A stretch of 32,713 nucleotides of DNA from Ministeria vibrans ATCC 50519 (taxonomy: Eukaryota; Protista; Filasterea), in contig CALSCP010000368.1 of assembly GCA_943704425.1 (NCBI GenBank), positions 69,808 to 102,520 of the forward strand. Direction: 5' to 3'. The notes beneath the pieces were generated by a model that did no database searches, had not been told where the DNA came from, and saw nothing but the letters and a program-made list of their open reading frames with translations. The translations under genes were made by a program, and so were the position numbers. This document shows, one piece after another, positions 9,780 to 21,647 of the stretch (its first letter is position 1; every line of letters begins with the position of its first letter).

Positions 9780-12700
9780 ATGCACCGAGTGTTCGTGGCA
9801 AACCGAGGAGAGTGCGCGTCTCGTGTCGCGCGCGCCGTCACCGCCCTGGGCTGGCATGCCGTCGTGCCGCCTGCGAATGCAGACCTGAACTTCTTCTTGA
9901 GTCCCGAGCGTCTAGCCAAGGCAGCTGTCGACGAGCGCTGCTCCATGCTGCACCCTGGCTGGGGGTTTCTGTCCGAGTCGCGACGCCTGGCAGACTCGTG
10001 CGACGAGCAGGGAATACGCTTTGTCGGCCCTTGCGCGGACGCCCTCGACGCCTTTGCCGACAAACTACGCGCGCGCGAGTTTGCCGGTCGCGTCGGCTTG
10101 CCCATCGTCGAGGCGTCTCCCATGCTGGCGTCTCCCGGAGACGCTGCTCGCTTTGCCAGTGAGAAGAACCCTATCGAATCGAATCGATTTTGGTTGTTTT
10201 GACTCGTTTGTTTTGTTTGTTTTGTTTTTGTGTGATTGACGTTAGACGGTCGTGACATTGTTCTCAAGGCGGCGGCAGGAGGCGGTGGCAAAGGAATCAG
10301 GGTGGTGTATGCTGGAGAGGACGTGGAGTCGGCGTTTGCGCGGTGTCAATCGGAGGCTCTGTCGGCCTTTGGCGACGGCACGGTGTATGCGGAATTGCTT
10401 GTGCGCGACTGCCGCCACATTGAAGTGCAAGTTGTGGGCGACGCGCAGGGTAACGTGCAACACCTGTATGAGCGCGATTGTTCGTTGCAACGACGACATC
10501 AAAAGATCATCGAGCTGGCGCCCTCACCGTTCATATCGGACCAAGTCCGTGAAGCTGTGGTGCACGATGCGTTGCGTCTGGCTCGAGCCTGCCCCTGGCG
10601 CCCTCTTGTCGCGTGCACCTTTGAGTTTCTCGTCACACCCCAGCAGCACTACTTCCTCGAGGTGAACGCTCGTTTGCAAGTCGAGCATGGTATCACAGAG
10701 ATGGTGAGTGGCGTCGATTTGGTACAAACACAACTGCGACTTGCACGCGGTGAGCTGCTCTCCGCGTGTCTTGGCGCCATGCCCAAAAGCCCCCAACGAT
10801 TTGCTGTGGAAGCGCGTGTGACCGCCACGAGTGTCGGCACTCTCACCGAGCTAAGTTTCCCTTCAGTCTTGGCCGGTGAGCAGCGTATTGATGCAGGCGA
10901 GCACCTTGCCGTCGGCCAACACATCACGGCCGACTTTGATCCGATGCTATTTAAGGCAATGGCAAGCGGCGCATCTCTCACCGAAGCACTGACGTTGCTA
11001 CGCGCACTCTTGGACAACGTACGTCTTGCGGGTGTTCACACCAACATGGTCGAGCTGCATGCGCTGTTGGGGCGAGGGATCGCAGGCGAGTTCGCGAACA
11101 TGACCACGGGAGCGCTGGACGCAGAGGACGCAGCTCGTGTCGAGCAAGAGCGCACGCGGTTGCTGGCTCAGGCGGACACTATTGTAGCGGTGCGCATGCC
11201 GTTTACGGCGACCCTTGTGGAAGTGCACGTACGCGATGGTGAGCACATTGGTGCCGGTGCACCCGTTGCAACCGTGCGTCACATGAAAATGGAGCACACA
11301 TTGCGTGCCGCGTGCGACGGTACAGTTGGATGCTCGGATGCAATTCCAGCGACAACAGGCACAACGCTTGAGGCAGGCACACTGCTTGTTTCGCTTGAAC
11401 GATCTGCATTGCCTTCATCATCGGCGCAACGTCGCGTGGAGAGGGTACACCAACATCTGGCGGCGGATTCGCGACAGGCCGAAGTGGACGAGCTGGCCCG
11501 ACGCCATGCCATGGCTCTCGAGCTGGGCGGCGCCGAGGCTGTGGCACGTCACAAGAAGGCCGGCAAGCTGACGTGTCGCGAACGTCTGGCTGCGCTACTT
11601 GATGAAGGGTCGCTGCGAGAGATTGGCTCACTTGCCGGCAAGGGCGTGTACAACGACGAGACGGGCGCTCTCGAGTCGTTCACCCCAGCCAACTTTGTGG
11701 GTGGTCGTGGCACGGTGGACGCACGTCCCATTGTGGTCGGCGCCGACGACTTTACGGTGCGTGCGGGACATGCGGACGGTGGCAATTTCCGCAAGGCTGT
11801 TTACATTGAAGAGATGGCGCGCGAGTGGCGCGTCCCCATGGTGCGTCTAATTGACGGTGCAAGCGGCGGAGGTTCCATCACGCTGCTCAAGGAGTACGGC
11901 GCGACGTATGTCCCGCCGCTCTTTGGGATGACCTCGAGCATGGCGATGATGGCTGAAATCCCTGTGGTGGCGGCGGTGCTCGGGAGTGTTGTGGGTCTGG
12001 GAGCGGCCAAGGCGGTTTTGAGCCATTTTTCAGTGATGGTGCGCGACACGGCGCAGCTCTTTGCTGCGGGACCGCCTATTGTGGCTCACGCCACCGGCGA
12101 GAATGTTGACAAGAATACACTTGGCGGCACTGACGTACACGGTCCCAATGGTACCGTAGACAATGTGGTGGACAACGAGCGCGAGGCGATTGCCAGTGTG
12201 CGTCGCTTCCTCTCGTACCTTCCGACTAACGCGTGGGAACTGACACCTCGCATTGATCCCCAACGATTGAGCGGTGACGACGTCGTTGACCGCGCAATTG
12301 CCCGCAGTCGCATGCAAGAGGAGTTGCTGTCGTTGGTGCCGCGCAATCGCCGGGCGTCCATTGATGTGCGGCGCATTGTGGAGTGTGTTGTTGACGACAA
12401 CTCCTTCTTTGAGATTGGTCGTCTGCACGGCGTCGACGTGGTGTGCGGTCTTGCGCGCGTTGATGGGCGTGCCATTGGTGTGCTTGCTTCCGACAGCGCG
12501 ACCCCATCCGGTGGCTGTCTGACTGCGGCTGGTGCTCAGAAGCTGCGACGGCACGTGGACCTGTGTGACTCGTTTCATCTGCCCATGCTGTCGTTTGTGG
12601 ACCAGCCTGGATTTCACGTTGGCGTTGCGGCCGAGGCAGCTGGCACGTTGCGACATGGGGCTTCGGCCATGGCCGCCATGTACGAAGCAACCATTCCGTG

Positions 12701-13064
12701 GTTCTCGGTCATTATTCGGCGATGCTACGGTGTGGGCGGTGCGGCTCTGGTGGACCGTGGTGACCCCGACGTGAGAGTTGCCTGGCCGTCGGCCGAGTGG
12801 GGCTCGCTGCCGCCCGAGGGAGGAGTTGAGGCGGGCTTTCGTCGACAGCTGGCTTCGGCCGGCGACCAGGCCGAGGCGATGCGCCAGTCGATCATGGCCG
12901 AGTACGCCAAGCTGAGCTCACCGATGCGCACTGCGGAGCAGTTTGGCATTGAAGAGATCATTGATCCAAGGCAAACTCGCCTGCTGGCGTGCGAATGGGC
13001 CGAACTGGCCTACCGCAAGATGCAACACGATGTGAGGCCCATTGGCAGACGCTATCGGCCGTGA
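9780..13064 (+). CDS. Single-chain biotin-dependent acyl-CoA carboxylase (BC-BCCP-CT), ~1065 aa; exons 9780-10158 and 10246-13064
   Basis: BC motifs VANRGE, HPGWGFLSE, KAAAGGGGKGIR, RHIEVQ, ERDCSLQRRHQKIIE, EVNARLQVEH; biotinylation motif HMKME; CT motifs GKLTCRERL, DDFTVRAG, FAAGPPIV, FVDQPGF, IEEIIDPRQTR. An 87-nt phase-1 GT-AG intron (10159-10245) joins the two track ORFs in frame. Confidence 0.92.
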
Positions 13065-13261
13065 AGCAAGAAAAAATATTTTTAAAGGAAGAAAGGGAAG
13101 ATATCAACGATTTTGTGTCATAGTTTATACGATCGCTTGTGTACTGTACAGTCGGAAAATAATGTCCAAAGGTCTCCTCTCTTTCGAATAAAATGTTGGC
13201 TTTCTCTCTCTTCTCTCTCTCTCTCTCTCGCTCTCTGTCTCTCTAAGTCGCTCAATTCTCA

Positions 13262-14751
13262 TCAGACAACGGAGAACTCCTCTGAGGCATCCATCCGCAC
13301 TGCAGAGGACGATCCGCCCATCGACGATTCCTGCGACGTGGCCAGCGACCCTTCGCCGAGCGCATAGCGTGTGGCAGCACCAATGTGGGAAACGGAAAGT
13401 GTACTCCCAATACCAATTACTTGGCCAGACGTGAGAATCACACCGCTCTCCGTAATGGTCTGGGCGCCCGCACGCCGCCTGGCCGACGACGTGTCGGCGA
13501 CCGATTTGCGGCGGTTGCCACGCAAAAACGAGAACATGCGCAACAAAGAGGTGCGGGACGGAGAGCGCTCACTTTGCACCTCGTCGGAATCACTGGTTCG
13601 TCCATGGCGCTGTAGCGACGCGGACGCCGGTGTGGTCGTTGGATTTGGTGTGGAGGACGTGATTGTAGTTGATGAAGTCGCAGCGGGAGCAGCGGCACCG
13701 GTTGTCTCAATAGGAGCTGGCCCTGTGCCAGCGGCACGGTCGCTCGCAGTGGGCGACTGAGATGGTGATACTCGAGTGGTTGTGGGAGCAGAGGTCGTCA
13801 GAGGGGCGGCTGAAGCTGAAGGTGCAGGTTGCTGTGAGAAGACGACCTTTTTTATCGGTGTGGGCGGTGGACTGTCGTCAAAGGTGGTGGCGGTGGGTGC
13901 GGAAATGGCCATTTCCGAGACGCTTCCGTTGGATGAGGGTGGTTCGGCAAATAGCGATGTGGGACGCGAGCCATTGATCTGTTTGGCGTCAGCAATGGGC
14001 CGTAAGATGACAGTAGTGTTCGGTGCGCTTGTGGATGTGCTCATGCGGTTGCCGTGTGGCGACGTGGGCGACGAGACGGAGGTGGGTCGCTTGTAGGGAG
14101 TCGATGGCAGGGTGGAGGTCTCGTCCAACGTCTTGGAACGGCCCCACGTCGAGGAGTCACGGAAACGCGAGTACGGCCGCGTCGAAGAGAGCGACGGACT
14201 ACTTGCGGTCGGGACTAGCGCATCAGCAGCAGTCGAAGTCACAAGGATACCGCTACTCGATACGCCTGCGTGGGTGGCGACAGGTGATGGGGGCGGCAAG
14301 GAATCATCGTTGATGGCAGGTGCAGTGCTGCGCCGCTTCTCCATCCGCGAACGACGGTTTCCCTTGCCCTTGCGCGTTGGCGGTTCGTCTTCTTCGTCAC
14401 CCTCATCCAGCTTAAACACATGGTCGCGGAAAAAGTTGGTAAAGCGCGTCTCGTAGAATTCGGGACGATGCACGGAAATCGTATCCGCTTGCTAAAGTGA
14501 ACAACAAAGGGGGAAAATGAATAATATGTTCAGAAAGAAAAACTGATATGTGAAAGAACGATAGTACCCCTGGATGGATGAGAGCCTTCCAAGTGTGCTC
14601 AAGCTTCTTGCGAGTGCGGTACTGCTGGAGAATGTCAATGATGCCAATAAAAAGAAGACAGCGCTCGCCTCGAGCGGTCTTGGCGAGCAGCCCACCCTTC
14701 CTGCAACAGTATCGAAAGAAGTATTAGATACATTATTGGTGTGTGTATGTA

Positions 14752-14813
<62 letters not shown>

Positions 14814-17153
14814 TGTGTGATGGAGAAGAACCAACCATTCAAGAGGCTCTTTGCTCTTCTGAGCCTTGTCGCTGATGATGCTCTGCGCGCGACGCTGAGT
14901 GCGCGGCGACACAGGCTCGTCTGTGGCGTGGCGGGAGAGCATGGCCGTGAGGAAGCCTGGCGACTGCGGTGTGGGAACCTCCAGAGAACCACCAACGCTG
15001 CTGCATGAGGCGTTGGCCAGGCTCTGGGCAATTTCGGCAATTTCTGTAGGGGAGAGCATGTGAACGCCAATGAGGAGACTATAGTCCATGATGGCAAAAC
15101 TGCGCAGAACCTGAAAAGATGGAAGGAAAGAGAGAGAGGTGATGAGAGAGGATGGAAGGGTTGTGAGGTGATCCAACACATACTCGACAGTCCTTTGGTA
15201 TCATTTCCATCAGAGTGTTGTAGCTGACGCGTGGAAGGAGAAACCCGCCAGGGTGTCTCTCGAGGAAGTCCAGATCCTATTCGCATAGTCATAGACGAAA
15301 CAGAAAGAAGAAAAAAAACGGGTCAGCTCGGGCGCGAAACGACGGGGAGACAAAAGACACTCTGTTACTTTGTATGTTGGATCGGGTTTTTGTCTCTCGC
15401 GCGCACTCGCTTGTCGGTTGTACAGCGATCCCTAACAGAGCAACAGGCAGGAGAAATCAGGGACCAGAGCAACACAGAGAGAGGGGGGGGCAGCAAGAAA
15501 CAAAGAGAAAGAGACAAAAGAAAACGATAGAGACAAAGAGCAAGAAACAAAGAGAGAGAGACAAAGGAAAACGATAGAGACAAAGAGCAAGAAACAAAGA
15601 GATAGAGAGAGAGAATGGATAGAGAAAGAGAATGAATCTAAATGATACCTTTAGATCGTAACGCTCGTGAAAGTCAACGGTGGACGGGAGCAGGTTGTTC
15701 ATGACGACAAAGCGAATGTGGGAGCCAAACGCCGTCTGGTAGTTGAAGAGCCCATAGAACTTGGGAAGAAACGTCAGCGAGTTCTTTCCTTGCGTCAAGT
15801 GCTGTGGAGAAGAAAGTGAATTAAAACTCGAAGAGGCAGTGTGATGCGTGGTGCTTACGAGATAGTAAGCGGGTAAGAGACGACGGAGGAAGTCTGACTC
15901 GCGTTTCTGGACTGTCTTGATAATAAACTGGTCGTCGGGAGACATGAAAAAGAGCGAGCCACTGGCACCAGGGTTGCTGAGCTCCTTCAGCGGCTCATTA
16001 CACAGCGAAATCTGAAATACTATGTGGTGAGAAAACCCATCGCTTTCTCTCTCACTATTATTTTGTCTCTGCTCCATTACCATGTAGTCTGCTGGAATAA
16101 TTCCGTAATGTTCGCGAAAGTGTGCAAATGCTTTGGGTGCATAACACTATATATATGCGAATACAAAGCAAGAGTAATTATATAAAAACAAACAAGGCTG
16201 GTTGGTGTACCTTGAAGTGAAAGTCGTGAAGGTGATGCGGCGGCGTCTGATGGCCTCCTTGCGAGGGAAAGTCCATCTCGAGCATTTCTTGGAAGTCGCC
16301 CATCAGCAAGTCCCATTTGAGTTTTCCTGCTTCGCTGCCCACCTGTAAGAACAATCAACATTATTTACAATCATTCAATACTACCTTTCTCTTTTTTTTT
16401 TCAATCTGTTTGCTATTTTGTGGATATTTCGAGTGGTTTGGACAAAGTGCAAGGCGTACCGAGTGGCGGATGCCCAGCTGAATGCCGGTCATGATGTCTT
16501 CGCTGAGTGTTTTCTTGAAGAAGACCTGATCGTCGACGACAAGGCGGTGCCCTTGCTTCTCCGGCTTGCCCCGGTTCACCACGTCCACCGGCAACGGCTC
16601 CACACTGCCGTTTGAGACCACCGACTCCGCTCGCGTCGACGCAATGTGTAAATGTGACTCTTGGCTGCTGGCTCGGGTGCGCTGGGCAACAGGCGAGCTC
16701 GAGCGGAAGCGTGTGGACGCCGGAGACTGTGGTGGCACGGCAGTCGTTGATGCTGCAACGGGTTCCATCCCTTGTGCAGCGGCCAGCGTCTCCGTTAGAC
16801 TCGTAATGGATACCTACACCCGCGTGAAGTGCGTACAGTGGGTGAGTGAGGCCGTGCGACAGCGCGAAGGGCGAACAACAATCCAATGATGTTCGAACCA
16901 CAAACGATAAAAAAAAAAAAAAGCGATTGAGAGAACGAAAAGTGAGAGACTGAGAGAGAAAGAAATAAATAAGAGCGCCCATGAGGGAAGGAGAGGGAGA
17001 GACAGGTCGGTCAAGGGCACGGGGGGCGGACGGGAGAGCGAGAAAGGGAGCGAGAGGCGCTTGTACCGGTCGTTTGGACTTTTTCGCAGACGACACACGA
17101 ACGGACGGTGCCTGCAGCGGACGAAGGTCCGCCTTCTCCTTCACAGCCGCCAT
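13262..17153 (-). CDS. PIP5K1: Type I phosphatidylinositol-4-phosphate 5-kinase; exons 17153-17067, 16813-16460, 16342-16211, 16146-16081, 16011-15859, 15801-15649, 15431-15369, 15276-15184, 15110-14836, 14700-14568, 14491-13262
   Basis: All junctions are GT-AG and frame-consistent. Motifs [16 protein letters not shown]|[42 protein letters not shown]|GS, YK|[36 protein letters not shown] (type I activation loop), [13 protein letters not shown]; long S/T/P-rich tail. Confidence 0.93.
14740..14819. repeat. (TG)n microsatellite in PIP5K intron 9
   Basis: Direct reading. Confidence 0.97.
15493..15602. repeat. 47-bp tandem repeat (~2.3 copies) in PIP5K intron 6
   Basis: GCAAGAAACAAAGAG...AAAACGATAGAGACAAAGA units start at 15493, 15540 and 15587. 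Confidence 0.9.
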
Positions 17154-17534
17154 TGTGCTACTTTGCTTTGGGCAGAGACAGTCACGCACGGAGACAGGAA
17201 GAAATTAAGTAATATTGATCATTATTCATTTGATTTGATTTGATCCGAATGGAAGAAGAAGTTTCTCCAACGGCATTGATAGGGGGCTGGGCCGGCTGAC
17301 ATACGTTTGAGTGGTGAGTACTCACTACTCACTTACTCAGTGGTGACTGACTGACAGTATATTGTATTATTTGTATAGCCAATGAAGAAAGTGTAACAAT
17401 TTTGACTTTTGTTTTCTGTACTTCAAACTTCTGTTATTTATTTTCTGTGAATTGAGCCAAGCCGCAACTCCCATTCCACAACACCCTCAGCAGTCCAGCT
17501 TGCTTTTTGTTCACGCTCACTCTCGCAAGTCGCA
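17154..17534. promoter_or_regulatory. Divergent intergenic/promoter region between PIP5K and the four-PH gene, with a 24-bp near-perfect palindrome (17308-17331)
   Basis: Lies between two outward-facing ATGs; contains (ATTTG)3 at ~17228-17242 and TGAGTGGTGAGT|ACTCACTACTCA. Promoter function is inferred from position. Confidence 0.6.
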
Positions 17535-20500
17535 ATGGTACGACATGAAAATCTCGTTTTTTTTTTTTTTTTTTTTTTTCAAAAAAAAAAACGAAAAGCG
17601 AACAAGAAAAGTAGCAAAAGCTGAAAGAGCCATTGGTTTGTTTGTGTCGTACACCCTTCAGAGTGACACCGTGCTGCAACGAGGCTGGTTGTACAAGCGG
17701 GGCGATAGAGTGAAGTCGTGGAAACGCCGGTTTTTCGTGTTGCGTCCGGGTCGTCTGGAATACTTCAAGTCAGACGCAGCCGGAGCACGCGCGCCGTTTG
17801 GGACGGTGGCGCTGGACACCACTGTGACAGTTGAAGCGGCGGCTGCCATCGCCGGCCGCCAGTGGCTGCTCACAGTGACGACTCAAACGCGCGTCTACAC
17901 AATGCAGGCGGCGTCGAGCGCAGAGCGTGCCCAATGGATTGCCGTCATTGCCGCCGCCACGTCCATGCGCCAGCCGCCGCCGCCGCAGCAGCAGCAGCAG
18001 CAGCAGCAGCAACGACAGTCGCATCTTTCACAGCAGCAGCGAGGTTCTACTCTCGAGGGCGACGGTGACGACGACGACGACGATGATGATGATGTCGACG
18101 AAGACGATGCCGACCAGAGCGGCTCTGTTGCCCGTTCACCCTCTGCTGGAACCTCCCGCTCGCGCGCCAGTCGTACCCCCTCGTCCACATCTGCAAGTGG
18201 GGTGCCGTCCGACAACCTACCTCCCAAATCACGCACGGCCGCTGCGCGCGCATCTTCATCGAATGTACGACGTGTGCCTTCTTCCTCAGCGGCAAACACC
18301 TCGTCTGCCGTGCGTTCTTTGTCGTCGGTTGCGTCCGCGCCTATTGTTGTAATCAAACAGGGACATTTGTCGAAGATAGGCGAGCGTCGCAAGAACTGGA
18401 AGCGACGCTTCTTTGTCCTGAGCGAACGACAGCTTTGCTACTACCACCGAACCGAAGATTACACCAATGGCCGCCCGGCCCTGGGCGTCATCAACCTCAA
18501 CTCCAATGTCGAGGTGGTCTCCGACGTTGCCATTGACCACCATCCACATACGCATCATCATCATCAGCCTCAGGGACAACAAGGCGTGTCGTTTACCGCC
18601 TCTGCGGCCGCTCCGCAGTCGTCCGCCGCGGCCGCTGCTGCCTCCTCATCGAACAGTCGAGGCAGTAGCAGCAGCAGCAGTAGTAGTAGTGGTGGTGGTG
18701 GTGGTGGTGGTGGTGGTGGTGGTGGAGGTGGGCAGACCTTTACCTTTGCGCTTTTGTCGCCGTCGCGAAGATATACCATGTTGGCGGAGACGCTGGACGA
18801 CCGCAACGAGTGGGTGTCTGCCATCAACAGTGTGCTTGTCATGCTGCAAATGGCTCTTCAATACCAGGCTCAACGGCGTGCCGAGCATGAATCTCTCGTT
18901 GAGAATCAGGCTATTGCGGCGGCTGTTGTGGCCGTTGCAGCTGCCTCGAGTGACGGCTCGCTCTTTAGCAGCAGCATGGGTGGCGCAATCGGCACAGCAA
19001 CAAGTTCTGGTGGTGGGAGTGGAAGCACGTCTCAGGGAGCATCGGCATCCGCATCGGCGTCGGCAACGCCCGAAACAGTGCTGCACGCAGGCTACCTGAG
19101 CAAGATGGGCAAGAAGAAGTCGAGCAAGTTCAAGCGGAGATGGTGTGTGCTCACCGACACGCATCTTCGTTACTATCGCACACCCGAGTCGCACGATCCG
19201 CAAGGCGAGATTACGTTGGTGCCCGTGGCACTTGTGTCTGACTACGAGGCAACGTCGACCAACGCATCGTCGTTCCACTTTGAAATTGAGACACCTGCGC
19301 GCACGTACTACTTTGATGCGGGCTCGGAGAGTGAGCGTGCTCGCTGGGTCGAGGTGGTTGCCATGGCGATTGATGCGTTACCTCGTGACGGGGACCGGTG
19401 GAGCGATGATGACTGGGACGACGAGGACGACGATATGGATGGCGACGACACTGCCTCCATGGTTTCAGGTGCGACCCGTTCGAGTCGCGCCACAGCACGT
19501 ACAAACGGCATTGCGAGTGTGATGACCAGTGGTAGTGGTGGTAGCGGTGCACGCAGTGTCATTGGCGAGACCAAACCCCGCTCGTCGACGGCTGCCTCGG
19601 TTGCAGGTTCTGTTGCTACTCGCTCGACAGGCTGGTCGTCGGTGGCGCCCAGCACACGTCGCATGTCCATGCCCATCCCCTCGATTATGTCAAGTTCGAT
19701 GGGCGTGTTCTGTGCAAATGTGCCGCAGCAAATGACACAAGGCTATCTGCAAAAGACGGGCCCCGACAATCGCAACTGGAAGAAGCGATGGTTTATGCTG
19801 CGTGGCGGCAAGCTGTCGTACTACCGGTCGGCTGAATCAACATCGACTTTAGGCGTCATTGATTTGAGCAACGCAACCTCGGTCGTGCGCGTGGGCGCCA
19901 ACGACCGTCGGATGTACGTCTTTGAGATCCACACGCCGGCGCGCGTGTACACATGTGGCGCCAGCAGTATCGAGGAGCTCGAGCACTGGGTGGGTCTTCT
20001 CATTAGCGTAGTGGATGAGTGGTCGCTCATTCGCTCGGTGGCGCTCAGTTCTGCCGGCGGGAGTGGTGGTGACCACGATAGTGACGATGGCCGTGCGAGT
20101 TTTACATCGGGCGGCGAGGATGACCGAGCGTCCTTTTGGACGACTCGAGCGAGCATTAGCGGCCTGGACGATGTGGTTGCGCGCGCTCTGCCAAGCGGGC
20201 TATCGTCGAGCGGGTCGGGTCACTCGTCGCGCAGCATGGGTCATCGAGATCTCGTGGGCATGGTCAACGAAGTGCGACGCTCCGCCGCACTGCTCAACTC
20301 GGTTGAGCGTGAGATCTCAGGTCTGGTCCAGGCTCTGTGGTTGTACCGACAGGAGATGGGCGAGCCTATCGCCATGCCTCTGGATGACCATCTGCGGACG
20401 CTGCACTCGCTTCTGCGCCCTCGCCACATGCCTCTCATGCCCGCCAGCATCGACCGACTTCCTGAGCGACTCAAACATTTGGCGCAACGAAAACAACTGC

Positions 20501-20850
20501 AAGAGCGACAACAGCAACAGCAACAGGAGAGGGAGGCACGAGTGAACAAGTCCGAGTTGGGCGATGGCGAGGCTGGAGATGACACTGACTCGACAACGCC
20601 CACGCCTACGCCCACCATGGTTTCGTCACGCGCACTTTCCCCCTACAATGTCTCGGGTGTCACCTCGCCCATTCCCATGACTTCCTCGACGCCCACCATC
20701 ACCACCAACGCCAATACTGCCACAAACAAGGTATTGGTGCGCGGTGACACGCTCACACCGGATGCCGACAATAATGAGAATAACAGCACCGACGGCGACG
20801 ACGATGACGATGGATTTGTCGCCGAGGAACTCGCTGCCAGTGATGAATGA
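17535..20850 (+). CDS. Protein with four PH domains, low-complexity linkers and a C-terminal helical region; exons 17535-17537 (ATG only) and 17662-20850
   Basis: Four PH starts (RGWLYKRGDRVKSWKRRFFVL, QGHLSKIGERRKNWKRRFFVL, AGYLSKMGKKKSSKFKRRWCVL, QGYLQKTGPDNRNWKKRWFML), each closed by a helix Trp (AQWI, NEWV, ARWV, EHWV). The 5' part of the track ORF is a poly-T/poly-A intron (ATG|gtacga...ttcag|AGT). Confidence 0.88.
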
Positions 20851-21235
20851 ATAATACACTTAATAATTATACCATTGTACCATAAAAAAAAAATTGCAAA
20901 TTCAGCAGAGTGAAAAACAGAGAACTGAGAACCCAGAGAATCAAGAATGAAAGAAATAAATTGAGCCGAGGACTAGTCTTGGAATGATACATTTTTATCT
21001 TACTTTTTCTTCTTCAGTAGTAAGTGAGTACCCGAAAACGTAATTATCGTAAATATCGTATTTGTCTTAACAAAAATATTCACGTATAAACCTCTCAGTT
21101 GCGTGTACCAGTGTGCATTTGCCTCTGATCGTTTGCGACTTTGGATTTTGAGTGTGACAAGTTGAATTGCATTTCAAATTTTGGCGCGACCCACTCCTAC
21201 TTGTTTTTAACTGAAGAAAGCCACGCAAGGCAGCT

Positions 21236-21608
21236 ATGGCATCCGAAAGCGACTCTGATATCCCGTGGGCGCCTTTGGACTCTGACCCGGGCTCAAGCGT
21301 TTCGAGTCTTGGGGTACGTTGAGTGTTTTTTTGACGATTGTTTTTGCGTTGCTATGTAAAACCGTTTTTCTTTTTCGTTTTGACATGTCGATGTTTTTGA
21401 CGTGCCTTTGTCGTGATGCGGCCCGTGCCCGTGCGGATTCGCCTAGTTTACATGATGCAGGCGTGTTGTGCGCGGAGCCAATGATTGTCCTGTCTGTTTT
21501 TAGGACGAATACGATGAACTCATGCGAAGCGCCATTGTTACACCGTATGACACGGAGAAGGAGAGCCATCATCAGCAGGAGGAGGTACATTGGAGGCGTG
21601 TGTCTCGT

Positions 21609-21647
<39 letters not shown>

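Noticed and set aside
15493-15602. Repeat units considered as a CRISPR-like array
   Set aside because: Head-to-tail 47-bp duplication with no unique spacers, inside a eukaryotic intron, with no cas genes.
17452-17661. N-terminal 70 aa of the 1132-aa track ORF (poly-F/poly-K)
   Set aside because: Non-ATG start and translation through a poly-T/poly-A intron.
4178-20850. LPCAT3, carboxylase, PIP5K and PH protein as a lipid-metabolism gene cluster
   Set aside because: They act in different pathways, NRDE2 interrupts them, and chance adjacency is likely without synteny data.
20851-21235. Small ORFs or structured RNA between the PH gene and POC5
   Set aside because: AT-rich UTR/promoter-like sequence with only short featureless ORFs and a weak hairpin around ACTAGT.
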